51,950 bases of DNA from Candidatus Parvarchaeum acidiphilum ARMAN-4 (lineage in GTDB: Archaea > Nanobdellota > Nanobdellia > Parvarchaeales > Parvarchaeaceae). Position 1 is the stretch's first letter. Every line of letters begins with the position of its first letter. The notes beneath the pieces are model-generated. The model was not told the DNA's origin. It ran no database searches and worked only from the letters and a program-made list of their open reading frames with translations. The translations under genes and the position numbers were made by a program. The stretch covers positions 1 through 51,950 of the forward strand of contig GG730042.1 in the NCBI GenBank assembly GCA_002412065.1. The letters run 5' to 3'. Shown piece by piece: positions 47,311 through 51,950 of the stretch.

Positions 47311-48155
47311 TGGGAAAGGGCAAATTATGCATAGATATAGGCGGCACAAAGATTATATTTGCCATAATTAATCGGGATGGAGATATAATTAAAAGCAAAA
47401 GGATAGACACTCCAAAATCTAAAGATCTGTTCTTAGAAGTTTTGACCTACAATATAACTGATTATCTGCAGTTTTCTAATAACATAATAAATGTTTCGAT
47501 TGCAGGACGTATAGATAATACCGGTAAAATAATATTCTCTCCAAACCTGCCTATATTAGGTTTTAATTTTATGAAGTTTATGAAAGGATTCTCAAGCAAA
47601 GTCACAATTGAAAATGATGGGAACTGTTTTGGTGCATATCATTTGTACGCTGGAGATCTAAAAAAATATAAAAGTGCTCTTGTAGTAGTGTGGGGAACTG
47701 GTATAGGCAGTTCAATAATATACTCTAAAAAAATATATAAAGGAGGGGGGCTGGCTGCAGAGTCTGGCCATATTGTTTATGATTACAATACTGGAGAAGA
47801 TATAGAAAGTGCTATAGGCGGCAAAAGTATAGAACAGCTTTATGGAATAGACGGCTTCGGCCTTCAAAAACTTGCGGAAAGAGGAGATAAAAAAGCTTTA
47901 AAGGCCTTTGATGAAATTGGCAGAATGTTTGGTTTTTATCTTTCTTCTATGATATTAATCTTGGACCCGGAAGCAATTATAATTGGAGGCAGTTTTGCCA
48001 ATTCCTGGAAATTTATCAAAGACAGCGTTTACAAGGTAGTAAATGACAAAAAAATAAGAAGAAAAATAAAAATAGAAATAGCTAGAGGGAAGTTTTATGT
48101 AGTAAGAGGTTGTTATTTTATTGATGAATATGAAAACTCTAATAATAAATTATAA
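47310..48155 (+). CDS. ROK family sugar kinase (glucokinase-like)
   Basis: IDIGGTK, ENDGNC, GTGIG, ESGH. Confidence 0.88.
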   Translation: MGKGKLCIDIGGTKIIFAIINRDGDIIKSKRIDTPKSKDLFLEVLTYNITDYLQFSNNIINVSIAGRIDNTGKIIFSPNLPILGFNFMKFMKGFSSKVTIENDGNCFGAYHLYAGDLKKYKSALVVVWGTGIGSSIIYSKKIYKGGGLAAESGHIVYDYNTGEDIESAIGGKSIEQLYGIDGFGLQKLAERGDKKALKAFDEIGRMFGFYLSSMILILDPEAIIIGGSFANSWKFIKDSVYKVVNDKKIRRKIKIEIARGKFYVVRGCYFIDEYENSNNKL

Positions 48156-48810
48156 AGCGTATGAAGAAGCTTTTACAAAAGGCATAGAAATAGCGAAATA
48201 CTCGGGAGAACTTTCTAAAAGTTCAGGTGTGAGTATTGTAGTCTCACCTCCATTTACTATTCTCAAAGAAACTGTTAAATTTGCTAAAACTATAGCACAG
48301 GGAGTAAATGATGTGGATCCAGGTGCACATACTGGTCACGTAACCTCATTTGAGTTAAAACAAGCTGCAGTTGCAGGTGCTCTGCTGAATCATTCTGAGA
48401 ATAGGTATCCTAACACAAAGGATGGAAAATTAGATTATGCTGCTATAAAAGTTGCAGTTGATAAGTGTATGAATTTGGGTTTAGAGACTTATGTATGTGT
48501 ACAGAATTTGGATGAGGCAAGAGAAGTTTTAAAGATGAAACCTACTGGGATAGCATATGAACCTCCTGAATTAATAGGAGGTAACATATCTGTTTCAAAT
48601 TCAAAGCCTGAAATAGTAAAGGAATTTTGCTCTATTATAAAAAATAATTCTAATTCACTTGCATTGATAGGCGCAGGTATAAAAGGGAAAGAAGATGCAG
48701 AAAAAAGCGTTGAGCTTGGAAGCGATGGACTTTTAGTAGCTTCAGGGATAATGAAATCAGACGATTATAAATCAATTATAGAAGAGTTGGTAAAGGGATT
48801 AAATAAGTGA
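48130..48810 (+). CDS. tpiA: Triosephosphate isomerase (archaeal type)
   Basis: INYKAY, NHSENR, YEPPELIG, GAGI, LVAS. Confidence 0.93.
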   Translation: MKTLIINYKAYEEAFTKGIEIAKYSGELSKSSGVSIVVSPPFTILKETVKFAKTIAQGVNDVDPGAHTGHVTSFELKQAAVAGALLNHSENRYPNTKDGKLDYAAIKVAVDKCMNLGLETYVCVQNLDEAREVLKMKPTGIAYEPPELIGGNISVSNSKPEIVKEFCSIIKNNSNSLALIGAGIKGKEDAEKSVELGSDGLLVASGIMKSDDYKSIIEELVKGLNK

Positions 48811-49935
48811 GTTTATCTTTGCCAGGTCATTTTTAATCGATGTGGAGTTGCAAACGCCTTCGTTGTATCCAACATAACTGCATAGTAACGTCTGGACAAA
48901 GTAAACGCTGTCATTGAATGCAATTCCTACGGTTTGATTCGTTTTTATAAGTGCATTTATCTGACTGATATCTTTCCCAGCGAATACTCTTGGGTTTAGC
49001 ATTGAAGAAATCTCAACGTATCTTCCGCCTATGTCTATAAATGGCATAAAGTTCCCAAGGTTGTCAAATAACTGATAAGCAGAGTTCTGGTCAAATTCGA
49101 ATAACTGCTTCTCAAGTGTTTTTACGTAAGGACTTGAACTTAAGTTTTCTATGTTAGTCGATTCCATGGAAAAGTATTTGCTTTTGTAGTTGTTTCCATT
49201 TAATGTGTAGAACTGCGTTTTACCTAACGTCTCGCCAGTTGAAAAAGAAATAGAAGGTGAGGTTAATACTGTTAAGTTACTGAAGTTCCCAAATGCATTT
49301 AATGCCTTGTATAATATCATACTCTGGACGGCGCTGAAACTTGAGTTGCTGTAAATAAAACTTATTAAGGTTTTATTGTTTGCAGTATATTTAGTACCAT
49401 TAAACAAATAAAGTATCTCTGAAGGGTTAAGCATACTTTCATTTATATTTTGATATATCGATGACTGGTTAAATATATCAAATGCGGTTATCTCTTTATT
49501 CTGAATTAAATCAAAGTAAGTCATGCCTTTTGTAAGCCCTGACAAGAAAGGAGTATTGAGGACAAATTTGTTTCCTACAACATTAAACATATTCAGGTAT
49601 ACTAAGCTGTCAAGTATACTTGCTGAATTATTAGATTCATTTATTATAACAGTTGGGAGAGCGGTTACAGAATAGTTTGATATGAGACTACTTCCTTCAG
49701 AGCTGTCAAAAGACAGGTTTTTTGGGTTCAAGGTGTACTTGTCGGATTTAAACAGATTATATATTGTATTCATAGCGCTATTGCTGCAATTAGTGCAGTT
49801 ATTATAAACTATATTTACAGAGTTTTGATTGCTGTTTACGGCAACTTTCCCAGCATTATAAAAAAATAAAAAGTATACCAGTACAGCTACTATTACCAAT
49901 CCAGCTATAAGTATAATCGGTCTATTTCTCAACAT
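48799..49935 (-). CDS. Thioredoxin-like + DUF929-like membrane-anchored protein
   Basis: TM anchor, CTNC...ALPT, ALNAFGNFSNL, MPFIDIGG, LLC...VC. Confidence 0.7.
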   Translation of the reverse strand: MLRNRPIILIAGLVIVAVLVYFLFFYNAGKVAVNSNQNSVNIVYNNCTNCSNSAMNTIYNLFKSDKYTLNPKNLSFDSSEGSSLISNYSVTALPTVIINESNNSASILDSLVYLNMFNVVGNKFVLNTPFLSGLTKGMTYFDLIQNKEITAFDIFNQSSIYQNINESMLNPSEILYLFNGTKYTANNKTLISFIYSNSSFSAVQSMILYKALNAFGNFSNLTVLTSPSISFSTGETLGKTQFYTLNGNNYKSKYFSMESTNIENLSSSPYVKTLEKQLFEFDQNSAYQLFDNLGNFMPFIDIGGRYVEISSMLNPRVFAGKDISQINALIKTNQTVGIAFNDSVYFVQTLLCSYVGYNEGVCNSTSIKNDLAKINSLI

Positions 49936-49969
49936 AACAGATTTAATTACTTTTTTCTATAATAATAAA

Positions 49970-50752
49970 CTATTGGTTATGAAATATATCTTTTAATGTT
50001 TTAATGTGCAGTTCCTCGGTTGTTGATAATTTTATAGGTGTGACCGTTATTTTCTGATTAAATAAATTATAAAGATCGGCATCCTTGTCCAAGTCTTTTC
50101 TTAAGGTGCCATAAAGCCAGTAATAATCCTTTCCGTTAGGGTCTTTCTTCTTTATCACTATGTCATCAAATACTCTTTTATCTGTTTTTACAATTTTGAT
50201 TTCTGTTTTTTTGTTTATTTTAAGGGGCAAGTTTATATTTATCATATCTATATTCCTGGGAAATTTTTTAGTTTTTATGTTTTCAAGGATTTTTACTACG
50301 CTTTCATATGAGCTCTTCATACTTTTGTCTATATCTTCCTGTTTCATGTCCACGGACAAGTTTTTTGAAAAAGCTATACTCGGTACCTCTGATATCGCAG
50401 CGAACATTGCCGCAGAGATAGTTCCAGACGAATAAACCGTTTCCAGTCCTGCATTCATACCCTCATTTATTCCTGATAAAACCATAGATACCTTGTTTTT
50501 GAATAGGTGATAAATTGACATAAAAACACAGTCAGCAGGTGTTCCTGAAACAGTATAACATGGCATACCTTTGTAATTTATTTTTTCTACTCTTAGTGGT
50601 TTGTGAAATGTAAAGCTCATCCCACTTGAACTTTGTAGTTTATCTGGAGAAACGACCATTACTTCAGATCCAAAAACTTTTTTAGCCGCTCTATATAAAG
50701 TATGCAGTCCTTCTGTCTTGTAACCATCATCATTGGTAATAAGTACTACCAT
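49970..50752 (-). CDS. surE: 5'/3'-nucleotidase SurE
   Basis: ITNDDG, GTPADC, SGINEGMN, YSSGT. Confidence 0.93.
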   Translation of the reverse strand: MVVLITNDDGYKTEGLHTLYRAAKKVFGSEVMVVSPDKLQSSSGMSFTFHKPLRVEKINYKGMPCYTVSGTPADCVFMSIYHLFKNKVSMVLSGINEGMNAGLETVYSSGTISAAMFAAISEVPSIAFSKNLSVDMKQEDIDKSMKSSYESVVKILENIKTKKFPRNIDMININLPLKINKKTEIKIVKTDKRVFDDIVIKKKDPNGKDYYWLYGTLRKDLDKDADLYNLFNQKITVTPIKLSTTEELHIKTLKDIFHNQ

Positions 50753-50797
50753 AATATCTTGTAAATCTCTATCTATTTATCTTCTACATTTAAGGTT

Positions 50798-51097
50798 TCA
50801 GCCGAAAAGACTACTTAAACCAGCGGCCGCTTCTTCTGCACTTTTACCTTCATCTTTGTGTGGTTCTTCTTTCTTGGTCTCCTTGCTTGCTTGTGCAGCT
50901 GGAGCCTGTGCAACTTGTGCAGTTTGGGCTTCTTCTATTACTTTGTTAATGTCAACTCCTTTTAATGCAGAAACAACTACTTTGATCTGCGCTTCATCTG
51001 GTTGTGCACCAGTAGCCGAAATTACACTCTTAAGAGAATCCTCTGTAATCTCCTTACCTAAGCTATTCAATAACATTGCAGCGTATACATACTCCAT
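50798..51097 (-). CDS. rpl12: Ribosomal stalk protein aP1 (L12p)
   Basis: [10 protein letters not shown]...[12 protein letters not shown]. Confidence 0.95.
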   Translation of the reverse strand: MEYVYAAMLLNSLGKEITEDSLKSVISATGAQPDEAQIKVVVSALKGVDINKVIEEAQTAQVAQAPAAQASKETKKEEPHKDEGKSAEEAAAGLSSLFG

Positions 51098-51100
51098 ATT

Positions 51101-51946
51101 TTATTTGCCTCCTATTACTTTATTTAGTGCATCGGCTCCATTTATAACCTTTGCTAATATGTCTCTTGCATTCGAACTTGAGACTATATTTCTATTTACA
51201 GATAAAAATCTTACTCCTATATAAATCTTTTTAATCATAGGTTTTATCGAATATTTGTTGATTAGTCCTTTATCAGTCGATATTTTAAGTGCAGCATTAA
51301 ATATCTTTGAGATATCATTTACATAAGTTTCTTTCTTTGTGTATAAAAGGTCCTTTCCAAAAATGTATTTACCGTCGTAAGCATATGCCATTGAAAGGAC
51401 TAATTCCTTGGGTCTTATGTCCATACTAGAAAGTATACTTGCTATCTTTTCGTTTACTTTCTCTCCTTTCTTTACTATGGTTGTATCTGATACTATACTT
51501 ATCTTTCCGCTCTCATTTTTTGTTTTAACTCCTATTGAAGAAAACTGGGAAAGCATTGGTCCTGGTGGAAATGGAGTAGGCCCGCTTGGCAATACGATAT
51601 CCATTTGTGATATCTCTCCCGATTTAAGTTTTGTAAAAGTGGTATTCTCCATTGCTTCTTTTGCTAGCTCAAATGGGTCTTCATTAGAAAGCAATAGAAC
51701 CGGCATTTTAACTTCCTCAACTTTTTCGGAAAGTTTGATTCCAGCTTTATTTATTGCATTAAATATAACTACTTTATTTGCGTACACAAAATCTGCTTTT
51801 CCTCTAAAGACTTTTTTTATTCTTTCAAAGCTTTCAGAAGGATAGCCAGCTATTTCTACAATACCAATTGTTTTGTACCCCTTTATCTTTTTGTTTAGCT
51901 CTTCAGCCATCTTCTCTTTTTGCAGGGATCCTCTTGATTTTTTCAT
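51101..51946 (-). CDS. rplP0: Ribosomal protein uL10 (aP0)
   Basis: GPTPFPPGP, GKISI..D....KKGE, upstream of aP1. Confidence 0.92.
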   Translation of the reverse strand: MKKSRGSLQKEKMAEELNKKIKGYKTIGIVEIAGYPSESFERIKKVFRGKADFVYANKVVIFNAINKAGIKLSEKVEEVKMPVLLLSNEDPFELAKEAMENTTFTKLKSGEISQMDIVLPSGPTPFPPGPMLSQFSSIGVKTKNESGKISIVSDTTIVKKGEKVNEKIASILSSMDIRPKELVLSMAYAYDGKYIFGKDLLYTKKETYVNDISKIFNAALKISTDKGLINKYSIKPMIKKIYIGVRFLSVNRNIVSSSNARDILAKVINGADALNKVIGGK

Positions 51947-51950
51947 ATTG

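Overview
AT-rich archaeal chromosome segment. The gene content (eL42, eS27, eL43, Rpo12, Pcc1, prefoldin beta, Hjc, aP0/aP1, DUF929 pair, sedolisin, SALEY-type class III signal proteins) points to an acidophilic DPANN archaeon, most likely Parvarchaeota/ARMAN-like; this assignment is inference. The window holds a probable replication origin (orc1/cdc6, four ORB-like boxes and an AT-rich DUE at about 8.1-8.35 kb, with a gene-strand switch). Directly beside it is an uncharacterised three-gene operon: a Gly-rich surface protein, a Zn-finger/wHTH protein and a HerA/VirB4-like ATPase. Two inverted, mosaic pilin-like adhesin genes share identical DNA blocks (promoter/start and an internal module boundary), and there is an orphan 5'-less LamG cassette; together these suggest recombinational shuffling of surface proteins. 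Also present: a solo Cas4-like nuclease, sufSU, tRNA-Phe with a non-canonical T-loop, a catalytically degenerate DeoC homologue, a NadM-DUF488 fusion, a kinase-NDT fusion, a type IV pilus ATPase/TadC pair, a glycolytic cluster (pfkB-fba-ROK-tpi), a tail-less aP0, and two genes with single-point lesions. Several small genes missed by the ORF track were read by hand (secG/Sec61beta, rpoP, and the partial gene at the left edge). All family assignments come from motif recognition, not database searches.
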